A stretch of DNA of 63,735 bases, filler included, from Coriobacteriales bacterium (GTDB taxonomy: Bacteria; Actinomycetota; Coriobacteriia; Coriobacteriales; UBA8131): NCBI GenBank assembly GCA_031263105.1. It is 6 parts of 6 records of this genome, joined end to end, with 100 filler letters (N's around TTAATTAATTAA, not from the genome) between each part and the next. Parts side by side here need not be neighbours in the genome. Positions count along the whole stretch, not along the records: positions 1 to 12,655 come from JAISGJ010000049.1; 5 more parts are not named here. One strand, given 5' to 3'. A model generated the notes under the pieces. The model did not search any database. It saw only the letters and a program-made list of their open reading frames with translations, and had not been told where the DNA came from. The translations under genes were made by a program, and so were the position numbers. Below, in pieces: positions 1 through 8,793 of this stretch. The first letter of the stretch is position 1, and every line of letters starts with the position of its first letter.

Positions 1-132
1 AATCTTCGACCGCGAAGCGGTCGACCGTAGGTCGAAGGCCCCCTCCGACCTACTGTTGGTCGCTTCGCGACCAAAGATTCCTCGACTCCGCTTCGCTGCG
101 CTCGGAATGACAGTGGGGGCGTGAACAGTAAC
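1..132. mobile_element. Family A MITE, right part (window starts inside it)
   Basis: GATTCCTCG...GCTCGGAATGACAGTGGGGGCGTGAACAGTAAC right terminus matches the TSD-bearing copies at 14893-15127 and 51939-52050. Confidence 0.8.
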
Positions 133-231
133 CCTACTTCGGGCACCCGGCGCCTCGGCCTGATCCCCAAGGCGGAGGAGCCGCCGAAGAGGAAGCGGGG
201 CAGGCCGCGAAAACAAGTGGTATAGTCTCAC

Positions 232-327
232 TCATTGGGAAAGTTCTATATAATTCCACCTGACATTTACCCAACCATTCTCCCCGTACTTGTTGCGGAG
301 GTCCGTGCTCGGTTTGATGACTGCCAT
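232..327 (-). pseudogene. Truncated Phd/YefM-type antitoxin N-terminus
   Basis: Translates MAVIKPSTDLRNKYGE..., resembling the Phd N-terminal IxPxxDLRN motif; RBS AGGAAGG upstream; diverges after ~16 codons and ends at 31 aa. Confidence 0.45.
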
Positions 328-686
328 GGCTGCCTTCCTCTAGGCGGTTCCTTGGGCTATTCTATCGTCTTTCTGATAGCTTGACCGAGACGAAGCCCGA
401 GAGCGCCTTGCCGTGCAGCCGAGGCGTTAGCGTTCACACCCCACTGGCTTTCGTCAAGACATCGGCTATAAATAGGATTATTGCACCACGTATAGCCGAA
501 CTTACGTACAAGATGAGGGTGCCTTTCTAAATGACAGAAGCATGAAAACTCATCATATAAACTGCGAAAACAATCCTATATGAATCTTTACTTACGGTAC
601 GGCAGCCAAAGTTCAATAACGGCTTGCGGCTATATCTGCTAAAATTCCATGAGTTGTAGCCAAAACAAGCGAAACGAGGGCAGGCC

Positions 687-2105
687 ATGCAGGCACATAT
701 CGTCGGTCGCGAAAAGGAGATAAGCGCATTGCTGGGCTGTTACGGCTCCTCCGAGTCGGAGTTCGTAGCCATTTACGGACGTCGTCGTGTGGGCAAGACC
801 TACCTGGTCAAAGAGCTTTTTTCGCACGAGCTCACGTTTCTCGCCGAAGGCATTTTGGAGGAGGGCCATGCAACACAGCTGCAGAACTTCAACGACGAGC
901 TGGCGAATCACGGTGGCGTTCAACCGCCTGCCAAAGACTGGCTTGCGGCTTTCAACAACCTTGCGAGGCTTATCGAGGCATCGCCCGCAGAGGGCAAGAA
1001 GGTCGTCTTCCTCGATGAGGTCTCCAGCATGTGCACGGCGAACTCCGGCTTTCTTGCAGCATTGGCGCATTTTTGGAACAGGTGGGCCTCGCCGCGCCGC
1101 GACGTGCTGCTGATCGTCTGCGGCTCAGCCACTTCCTGGATCGTCAAGAACATCGTCGGCGACAAGGGCGGCCTGCATAACCGCATCACCAGGTCCATCT
1201 TGCTGCAGCCTTTCACGCTCAGGGAATGCGAGGATTTCTACCAGCGGCACAACATCCGCTACACGCGGTATCAGATTGTCGAGGCCTATATGGTCTTTGG
1301 CGGCATCCCTTACTACATGCGGCTCATGAGGCCGCAGTTCAGCCTGCAGCAAAACGTGGATGCGCTCTACTTCGAGGACGGCGCCCCGCTGCGCGACGAG
1401 TACGAACATCTCTTCAGGTCGCTTTTCACGGATGCCGGAAGGCATGTCAGAATCGTCGAGGCGCTCGCGACGAACGGCAAGGGGCTGATGCGCAAGGAGA
1501 TAGCAAGACAGACCGGCCTCCCCAACAGCGGCAGGCTCACCGAGCTCTTGCAGGAGCTCATCCAGTGCGGCTTTGTGCGGGAATACCTCTACTTCGGCCA
1601 GAGGAAACGGGATCGGCTTTACCAGCTTATCGACCCGTTCAGCATCTTCCATCTGCGTTTTGCGGCCAAACAGCGAGCGTATACGAGCGACTATTGGCTG
1701 CATTTCAGCACCACGCCGGCGCACGGGGCTTGGAGCGGGTTCGCCTTCGAGCGCGTCTGCCTCTGGCACGTTCCCCAGATAAAGCACGCTTTGGGCATAT
1801 CCGGCGTGCATACGGAGGTGTCCGCCTGGCGCAGCAGGTCGGCCGACCCGGGTGCCCAGATAGACCTCGTCATCGACCGCGCGGACAGCGTCATCAACCT
1901 CTGTGAGGCGAAGTACGCGTCCGGTGCCTACGGCATTGACAAGACGGAGTCCCAGCGCCTGCGGGAGAAGCGCGGCGCGTTCATGGCCGAGACGGGCACG
2001 CGCAAGCTGGCGCACATTACCATGATCACCACCTTCGGATTGAAAAGGAACGCCTACGCCGGCGAGATCCTGTTTCAGCTGACCCTGGACGACCTGTTTG
2101 GGTGA
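687..2105 (+). CDS. AAA-type ATPase (archaeal ATPase-like) with C-terminal PD-(D/E)XK-like domain, paralog 1
   Basis: Walker A GRRRVGKT, Walker B VVFLDE, CGSATSW, GGIPYY, C-terminal QIDLVIDR...NLCEAK. Confidence 0.8.
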   Translation: MQAHIVGREKEISALLGCYGSSESEFVAIYGRRRVGKTYLVKELFSHELTFLAEGILEEGHATQLQNFNDELANHGGVQPPAKDWLAAFNNLARLIEASPAEGKKVVFLDEVSSMCTANSGFLAALAHFWNRWASPRRDVLLIVCGSATSWIVKNIVGDKGGLHNRITRSILLQPFTLRECEDFYQRHNIRYTRYQIVEAYMVFGGIPYYMRLMRPQFSLQQNVDALYFEDGAPLRDEYEHLFRSLFTDAGRHVRIVEALATNGKGLMRKEIARQTGLPNSGRLTELLQELIQCGFVREYLYFGQRKRDRLYQLIDPFSIFHLRFAAKQRAYTSDYWLHFSTTPAHGAWSGFAFERVCLWHVPQIKHALGISGVHTEVSAWRSRSADPGAQIDLVIDRADSVINLCEAKYASGAYGIDKTESQRLREKRGAFMAETGTRKLAHITMITTFGLKRNAYAGEILFQLTLDDLFG

Positions 2106-2306
2106 GTCATGCCTAGGGCAAGGCTGTTCGCGCTGCTATTCTGTGTGTTCTGGGGGCAGATTGGTTGACAACGGCTGCGGCGTGCTGTCTGCGAGTGCTA
2201 GAATGGTGCGAGGATGCCAAGAGTGCGGCCCAGGAGGCGGTAACGGGGTCGCACGAGGCGGCATACGACGACAGAGGGCGGCACAGGGCAGCAGAGGAGC
2301 GACTTG

Positions 2307-4154
2307 ATGGAAAACCACCCGAATTCTCCCAATCCCCCGATCAGGCGGGTCTTGCTCTCGGTCACGGACAAGGCTGGCATCGTGGACTTCGCCCGCTCCC
2401 TGGCGCAGGAGTTCGGCGCGGAGCTCGTCTCGACCGGCGGCACGGCACGGGTTCTGGAGGAGGCGGGCATCAAGGTGCGGCCCATCGACGACCTCACGGG
2501 GTTTCCCGAGATGATGGACGGTCGCGTGAAGACCCTGCACCCACGGGTCCACGGCGGCCTGCTCGCCCGGCGCGACCTTCCTGCCCATATGGCCGCCGCC
2601 GCAGAGCATGGCATCGGCATGATCGACATGGTGGTCGTGAACCTCTACGCCTTCGAGGCGACCGTCGCACGCGAAGGCGTGACCTTTGGGGAGGCAATCG
2701 AGAACATCGACATCGGCGGCCCTTCCATGCTGCGCAGCGCCGCGAAGAACCACGCCTCCGTCACGGTCGTCACCGACCCCTCCGCCTACCCGGCCGTCCT
2801 TGAGGAGATGAGGGAGAACAACGGCGCGACCACGCCGCAGACGCGTCGGCGCCTGGCGCAGGAGGTCTTCCGCCTCACGAGCGCCTACGACAACGCCATC
2901 TACACGTGGCTTGCGCAGGAGGGGGCCGGGGCCGCCGCCGCCGGGGCAGCCGCCGCCGCCGCCGGGGCAGCCGCCGCCGGGGCAGTCGCATCCGCCGCCG
3001 TATCCGGGGTCGCTGCGTCAGGAGACGGGGCGTCGAGGACGCCGCCCCCTACGGGCGTTGCGGGTGCGGGTGCGGGCGCTCTGGGCACAGAGGCCTCTCC
3101 CTTCCCCGAGGAGTGCCGCCTCTTCCTCACGAAGGAGAGCGACCTGCGCTATGGGGAGAACCCCCACCAGCGTGCGGCCTTCTACCTCAACCCGTACACG
3201 GGTGCGTCTGCCGCCCGCCCGCCCGCCTCGCCTGCCGCCCGTCCGCCCGCCTCGCCTGCCGACCCCGCCGACCCGCCGCCCGCCGCCCGCCCGCCCGCCG
3301 ACCCCGCCCACCAGCTCGCCCATGCGCACCAGCTTCAGGGCAAGGAGCTCTCCTACAACAACTACCTCGACCTCGATGCCGCTTGGAGCGCGGTCCGCGA
3401 GTTCGACGCTCCCACCTGCGTCATCGTCAAGCACCTCACGCCCTGCGGCATCGCGAGCGCCGAGGACCTCACGGATGCCTATCGGCGCGCCCACGAGGTC
3501 GATCCCGTGAGCGCCTTCGGCGGCGTGATGGCCTTCAACCGCCCGGTGCCCAAGGCCCTCGTCGAGGCCGTCTATGCCAACGGCCAGTTCATCGAGGCGC
3601 TCGTCGCGCCGGCCTTTGACGGGGCCGCCTGCGAACTCCTCGCCCAGAAGGAGAACGTGCGCGTGCTTGAGACGGGGGGCATCAACCCGCCGGGCGGACG
3701 CCTCGACTTCCGCAGCGTCGAGGGCGGCATGCTCGTCATGACGGCGGACGTGGTGCAGGAGGACCCCGCAGGCTTCACGGTGCCCACGAGGCGTGAGCCG
3801 ACGGCGGAGGAGCTCGAGTCCCTGCTCTTCGCCTGGAAGGCCTGCAAGTCCGTGAAGTCCAACGCCATCGTCATCGCGAAGGACAGCGCGACGGTGGGGA
3901 CCGGTGCAGGGCAGCCCAACCGCGTCAACTCCGCGCGCATCGCCGTCGAACAGGCGGGGGAGAAGGCCGCAGGCGCCGTTGCTGCCTCCGATGCCTTCAT
4001 GCCCTTCGCAGACTCGCTCGAAGTGCTCGTCGCCGCCGGCGTCACGGCCGTTATCCAGCCCGGCGGCTCCATCCGCGACAACGAGGTCATTGCGGCGGCC
4101 GACGCCGCCGATGTGGCGCTCGTGTTCACAGGGCATCGTCATTTCCGACACTAG
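2307..4154 (+). CDS. purH: Bifunctional AICAR transformylase/IMP cyclohydrolase
   Basis: LLSVTDKAG, GRVKTLHP, ENIDIGGPSM, LRYGENPHQ, ASDAFMPF, IQPGGS, GHRHFRH motifs; two low-complexity insertions. Confidence 0.97.
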   Translation: MENHPNSPNPPIRRVLLSVTDKAGIVDFARSLAQEFGAELVSTGGTARVLEEAGIKVRPIDDLTGFPEMMDGRVKTLHPRVHGGLLARRDLPAHMAAAAEHGIGMIDMVVVNLYAFEATVAREGVTFGEAIENIDIGGPSMLRSAAKNHASVTVVTDPSAYPAVLEEMRENNGATTPQTRRRLAQEVFRLTSAYDNAIYTWLAQEGAGAAAAGAAAAAAGAAAAGAVASAAVSGVAASGDGASRTPPPTGVAGAGAGALGTEASPFPEECRLFLTKESDLRYGENPHQRAAFYLNPYTGASAARPPASPAARPPASPADPADPPPAARPPADPAHQLAHAHQLQGKELSYNNYLDLDAAWSAVREFDAPTCVIVKHLTPCGIASAEDLTDAYRRAHEVDPVSAFGGVMAFNRPVPKALVEAVYANGQFIEALVAPAFDGAACELLAQKENVRVLETGGINPPGGRLDFRSVEGGMLVMTADVVQEDPAGFTVPTRREPTAEELESLLFAWKACKSVKSNAIVIAKDSATVGTGAGQPNRVNSARIAVEQAGEKAAGAVAASDAFMPFADSLEVLVAAGVTAVIQPGGSIRDNEVIAAADAADVALVFTGHRHFRH

Positions 4155-4188
4155 GGAGACGCTGACTAATGCTTGTGTGCCGGAAGAC

Positions 4189-4475
4189 GATGTTGTTCAC
4201 ACCTCTCACTGTCATCCCGAGCCTGTCGAGGAACCTTTGGGTTCGAGCGCCCGGAGAACAGTCCGGCGGACTGTTCTCAGCGAGAACGGGCCGACAGGCC
4301 CACGGAACGCGAAGCGACCAACTGCGATTGGGAGGCGCGTCTGCCCGCAGTCGGCTGCTTCGCGTTCCGTGGGCCTGTCGGCCCGTCCTCACTGAAAACG
4401 CGGTGCGTTTTCCGGGCGCTCGAACCCGAGGATTCCTCGGCAGGGCTCGGAATGACAGTGAGGGGTGTCAGTAGC
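4189..4475. mobile_element. Family A MITE, full-length with degenerate ends
   Basis: CACTGTCATCCCGAGC...GCTCGGAATGACAGTG arms; flanked by CGGAAGAC (4181-4188) and CGGAAGGC (4476-4483), a 7/8 TSD. Confidence 0.75.
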
Positions 4476-4530
4476 CGGAAGGCGGTACGCAATGATTGAT
4501 CAGCGTCTCCCTAAGATGAGGTAAAGGGGC

Positions 4531-6222
4531 ATGGAGGCACGGCAGGCAGATACGAGGAAAGATGGGGCGCGGCAGCCCTCGGTCTGGCTGTCGAGGCTCC
4601 TCAGTGCGCTCTTTGTTCTCGTGCTTGCAAGCAGCGCCTTCGCCCTGTTGCTGCAAAGCCCCTTGAGCCCCCTCAGCATCCAGTATCCCGGCTCCGAGTC
4701 CTCGCTGTACCTCTACAGCGCCACGCAGCTGCTGGATGGGAACGTGCTCTATCGGGACATCTTCGACGTCCACGCCCCGCTCGTCTCCTTCATCGACACC
4801 TTCGGCCTCTTTGTCGGCGGGCCGACGGGGGTCTGGGCGCTCGAAGTTGCCTTCCTCGTCCTCACCTTGGTCCTCATGTTCGCTGCGCTGAGGCCCTATG
4901 TCGGTGCCCTCGCCACGTTTCTTACCTGCCTGTTCTTTGTGGCGCTCGTGGGGTACAGCCTGCAGGGTGGCAACCAGGCGGAGGAGTACGCGCTGCCGTT
5001 CCAGGTGCTTGCGCTGGCGGCTTCCATGGACTGCATCGTGAGGCGCAGGATCACCCTTCCCAGTATCTATCTGACGGGGATAAGCGCGGCCCTGACCTTC
5101 TTCCTCAAACCGGATCTGGTGCTGTTCTGGCTTCCCTTCGTCGTGGTCATCTGCGTGATGGCGATCAGGCAGGAGGGTTGGGCGCTCGCGTTGGTGCACC
5201 TGGTGACACTCGTCTTCAGCGCGGCCCTCGTCTTTGTCATCATCCTCCCGTGGCTCTACGTGAACAACGCCCTGGCCAGCTGTTACGAGCAGGTGGTCTC
5301 CTTCTATCGCGACTGCCTTTCCCTTGTCACGCCGCAAGAGCGCCTCGATGCCCTGCTTTATTTCGTCGGACGGCCCTCCTTCGTCCTCACGGTGGTCATC
5401 TCGCTGTTTGCCCTCGTCAGGCAGCTTCTGCTTTGTCGTTCGCGCCCCACTGTCATTCCGAGCGGAGGCGCTGCCGGAAGCAGCGCCGCAGCCGAGGAAT
5501 CCTTGGGTCCGAGTGCGCAGGCATCGGGTGCCGGGTCGCAGCTGCTGGACTCAGGGTCGCCCGCGCCAGCCTCCCGGTCGCAGCTGCCTGGCGAGGAGGG
5601 CTCGCTCTTCGGGCGCAGCACCCTGCCCCTCCTCATGGCGAACCTCGCGGCCACGCTCCTGGTCTTTGCGGCGATGGCCTATTCGGGGCGGCCTGACGAG
5701 CACCTGGCCCTCCAAGGGCTCGTCTGCCTGGTCGTCCCGCTTGCCTACCTCATCGACCTTGCGGTGCGCAGGGTGCGGGAAGGCCTCGGCCTGCGCGCCG
5801 TGCTCGGCCTGGCGCTCGTGGTGCTCCTTGCGCTGTCGTTGGCGGTGCCGGGCGTGGTGACGGGCGCCTCGCGCATACAGGAGCAACGGACGGAGGATGC
5901 GGCCCTCGTCGAGCAGAGGGAGGTGGTCGAGGCGGTGCGGCGCAACCTTGCTTACGACGAGCCCATCATCGTCTTTGGCGATGACTGCTGGGTCTACACG
6001 GCGGCAGGCACCTACTCGGCGACCAAATACCCCGCCCAGCCCTTCAGCGCCTCGTTCAGGCCCGACCTGGACAGCGACTTCTACCGCCAAGTGGGCGTGG
6101 CGGAGGCGGCCCTGCTCGTCGGAAGGCTCGACGAAGGCAGCATCGAGCGCTATCCGGGCATCGGGGACTATCGCCTGGTGTTCAAGAACGCCCGCTACGA
6201 GGTCTACGCCCACTCCGAGTGA
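4531..6222 (+). CDS. Polytopic membrane protein, probable GT-C (PMT-like) glycosyltransferase
   Basis: Many TM segments; N-terminal LYRDIFDVHAP loop and EEY motif resemble GT-C-like proteins; next to sugar genes. Confidence 0.55.
   Translation: MEARQADTRKDGARQPSVWLSRLLSALFVLVLASSAFALLLQSPLSPLSIQYPGSESSLYLYSATQLLDGNVLYRDIFDVHAPLVSFIDTFGLFVGGPTGVWALEVAFLVLTLVLMFAALRPYVGALATFLTCLFFVALVGYSLQGGNQAEEYALPFQVLALAASMDCIVRRRITLPSIYLTGISAALTFFLKPDLVLFWLPFVVVICVMAIRQEGWALALVHLVTLVFSAALVFVIILPWLYVNNALASCYEQVVSFYRDCLSLVTPQERLDALLYFVGRPSFVLTVVISLFALVRQLLLCRSRPTVIPSGGAAGSSAAAEESLGPSAQASGAGSQLLDSGSPAPASRSQLPGEEGSLFGRSTLPLLMANLAATLLVFAAMAYSGRPDEHLALQGLVCLVVPLAYLIDLAVRRVREGLGLRAVLGLALVVLLALSLAVPGVVTGASRIQEQRTEDAALVEQREVVEAVRRNLAYDEPIIVFGDDCWVYTAAGTYSATKYPAQPFSASFRPDLDSDFYRQVGVAEAALLVGRLDEGSIERYPGIGDYRLVFKNARYEVYAHSE
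5435..5505. repeat. Family A left-arm fragment inside a CDS
   Basis: CCCCACTGTCATTCCGAGC...GCCGAGGAATCC in frame, encoding PTVIPS...AEES. Confidence 0.7.
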
Positions 6223-6294
6223 CGCCGCCTCCGCGCCCCCCCCCCCCCCCCCCCCCGGCGCTCCCACCGAGCCTCCGTCCGCACAGCCCCTTGC

Positions 6295-6610
6295 GCCGGA
6301 CACGTCCGTCCCCTTTCTGTCCCCGTGAAGAATTCTCCTCCTTCGGAGGGGTGGCGCGAAGCGCCGAGGTGGTTCCAAGGCGGCGGGCCTAGGCCCGCCG
6401 CCTTAGCGCAGTGAGCGCAAGCGAACGGAGCGTCGCGCTGACAAGCGGCGGAGCCGCGTCGCACGCCGCGAAGCGGCCAACCGTGACCGGGAGACGCTTC
6501 TGATTGCAGTCGGCTGCCTTGCAGCCGAAGATTCCTCGGCTTCGGGGCTTCGCCCCTGCGCTCGGAATGACAGTGAGGTGTGAGCATTGACCGAGGTGTG
6601 AACATTGACG
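6295..6610. repeat. Mosaic of palindromic repeats (family B-like arm, CTCCTCCTTCGGAGGGGTGG unit, family A right arm)
   Basis: CCGTCCCCTTTCTGTCCCC (~6307-6325), CTCCTCCTTCGGAGGGGTGGCGCGAAGCGCC (~6335-6365), GATTCCTCGG...GCTCGGAATGACAGTG (~6530-6575). Confidence 0.6.
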
Positions 6611-6717
6611 CTTCGAGCAGCGGCGAGTGACAGCAGTGCGCCCCTAATCGAGTAGAATGGAACGAGGCATGCGCGTCCCTTGAGTCCGCCCGCCCGTCCA
6701 ACAGCAGGAAGGCATGT

Positions 6718-7989
6718 ATGAGGGTAGAGTTCTCCCCACCTGATATCACCGAGGCCGAGGTGCAGGCGGTGGCCGACGCGCTGCGTTCGGGCTGGATAAC
6801 CACGGGCCCCAGGGTCGCGCGCTTCGAGCAGGAGCTCGCATCCTGGTGCGGAACCTCGCGGGTCGCTTGCCTCAGCTCCGCGACCGCTGCGCTGGAATGC
6901 GCGCTCCACCTGCTCGGCATCGGGCCCGGCGACGAGGTGATCACCTCGGCCTACACCTATACCGCCTCTGCCAGCGTCATCTGCCACGTGGGCGCCACGC
7001 CCGTGCTCGTCGATACGGCGCCTGGCTCCTACGAGATGGACTACGAGGCCCTTGCCGCGCATGTCAGCACGCGGACAAAGGCGGTCATCCCGGTCGATGT
7101 CGGCGGCGTCATGTGCGACTACGGCGCGCTTTTTGCTGCGCTCGATGCGGTGCGTGGGCGGTTTGCCCCCACGTCCGGCACCCTGCAGGAGGCCTTCGAC
7201 CGCGTCGTCGTCATTGCGGACGGGGCGCATTCCTTCGGCGCGTCCTGCCAAGGCAGGCCCAGCGGCGCCGTCGCGGATCTCACCGCCTTCAGCTTCCATG
7301 CGGTCAAGAACCTCACCACTGCGGAGGGCGGTGCGCTCACCTGGCGCACGCGAGCAGGGAGCGGGGCCGCAGACGGGGCTACGGGCGCAGGCGGTCCCGT
7401 CCCCGCCGACGACTTCGACAGCGACGAACTGTACCACCAGGTCCGGCTGCTTGCGCTGCATGGGCAGGACAAGGACGCGCTTGCCAAGTCCCGGCAGGGG
7501 GCGTGGGAGTACGACGTGCTCGCCCCGCTCTACAAGTGCAACATGACCGACATCGCCGCCGCGCTCGGGCTGGCGCAGCTCGAACGCTACCCCGCGCTCC
7601 TGGCACGGCGGCGCACGATACTGAAGCAGTATCGGGAGAGTTTGCCGCAGGACACCCTCGAACTTCTCCCCCATTACACCGAGAAGGGCACCTCGAGCGG
7701 GCACCTGTGCCTGACGCGCCTGACAGGCAGGGACGAGGCGTTCCGCAACCGCTTCATCGAGCGCATGGCGGCGCGGGAGGTCGCCTGCAACGTCCACTAC
7801 AAGCCGCTGCCGCTGCTCACCGCGTATCGGCGGCTCGGCTTCGACATCCGGGACTTCCCCCACGCCTTTGCCCAGTACGCGAACGAGGTGACGCTGCCTT
7901 TGCACACGGCCCTGACCGATGCGCAGGTCGCCTACGTGGTCGCCTCCGTCGAGGCCTCGTATCGGGAGTGTGTGCGCTCCGGTGTATAG
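6718..7989 (+). CDS. DegT/DnrJ/EryC1/StrS family PLP-dependent sugar aminotransferase
   Basis: SGWITTGP, DGAHSFGA, FSFHAVKNLTTAEGG (PLP lysine), YKCNMTDIAAALG. Confidence 0.93.
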   Translation: MRVEFSPPDITEAEVQAVADALRSGWITTGPRVARFEQELASWCGTSRVACLSSATAALECALHLLGIGPGDEVITSAYTYTASASVICHVGATPVLVDTAPGSYEMDYEALAAHVSTRTKAVIPVDVGGVMCDYGALFAALDAVRGRFAPTSGTLQEAFDRVVVIADGAHSFGASCQGRPSGAVADLTAFSFHAVKNLTTAEGGALTWRTRAGSGAADGATGAGGPVPADDFDSDELYHQVRLLALHGQDKDALAKSRQGAWEYDVLAPLYKCNMTDIAAALGLAQLERYPALLARRRTILKQYRESLPQDTLELLPHYTEKGTSSGHLCLTRLTGRDEAFRNRFIERMAAREVACNVHYKPLPLLTAYRRLGFDIRDFPHAFAQYANEVTLPLHTALTDAQVAYVVASVEASYRECVRSGV

Positions 7990-8785
7990 ACGCGTCGTCA
8001 AGCGGCTGCTCGATATCGTGTTGGGCATCGTCGCCTTGCCCCTCGTTGCGCTCATCGTGCTGATTGTTGCCCCCTTTGTCTATCGGGAGGACCACGGGCC
8101 GGTCTTCTATAACGCCCTGCGCGTCGGCCGCGGCGGCCGCCCCTTCAGGATGCTCAAGCTCCGCACGATGCGCATGGGCGCCCCCGACCTCAAGTGGGAG
8201 GACGGCTCGACCTACAACGCGCCGGACGACCCGCGCCAGACCAAGGTGGGGACCTTCCTGCGCAGGACGAGCCTCGACGAGCTGCCCCAGGTGCTGAATG
8301 TGCTCAAAGGCGACATGAGCCTCATCGGCCCGCGCCCCGACCTCGCCGAGGAGGTCGCGCTCTATCGCAGCGGGGAGGAGCGCAAGCTCGACGTGCGTCC
8401 CGGCATCTCCGGCTACGCGCAGGTCTACGGCCGCAACGCCCTGCCCTGGCACGACCGGCTCGCCCTCGACGGCTACTACGTGGATCATCTGGGCTTTGCG
8501 CTCGATGCGCGCATATTCCTCAAGACCTTCGCCGTGGTCTTCTCGCAGCAGGGCGTCTATGGCGAGGACAGGGGCGGCGTCGAGGAGGGCGGCGCCGTCG
8601 GGAATGCGCGACCTCCCGCCGCGTCCCCGCCCCCCGCCCCCCGCCCCGCATCCCCCTCGGCACCTTCAGCGACCAGCAACACGACCAGGACAAGGGGGGA
8701 CACAAAGGGGGACGGTACGATTTTGTCAACTTCAGGCGCCCCCTCGGCACCTTCAACGACCAGCAACACGACCCGTAAGGAGTGA
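7982..8785 (+). CDS. Bacterial sugar transferase (initiating phosphoglycosyltransferase) with repeat-derived C-terminal tail
   Basis: [51 protein letters not shown] start overlaps the upstream stop. Confidence 0.9.
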   Translation: MYRRVVKRLLDIVLGIVALPLVALIVLIVAPFVYREDHGPVFYNALRVGRGGRPFRMLKLRTMRMGAPDLKWEDGSTYNAPDDPRQTKVGTFLRRTSLDELPQVLNVLKGDMSLIGPRPDLAEEVALYRSGEERKLDVRPGISGYAQVYGRNALPWHDRLALDGYYVDHLGFALDARIFLKTFAVVFSQQGVYGEDRGGVEEGGAVGNARPPAASPPPAPRPASPSAPSATSNTTRTRGDTKGDGTILSTSGAPSAPSTTSNTTRKE

Positions 8786-8793
8786 CACACGTC

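Noticed and set aside
2230..2300. Possible ZMP/ZTP riboswitch upstream of purH
   Set aside because: The conserved GACTGGCG and CGCCTGGG elements are not present
6236..6256. Poly-C tract (and poly-G at ~12762-12781) as phase-variation switch
   Set aside because: Both lie just downstream of stop codons, one at a contig edge; homopolymer length is unreliable and no frame or promoter is affected
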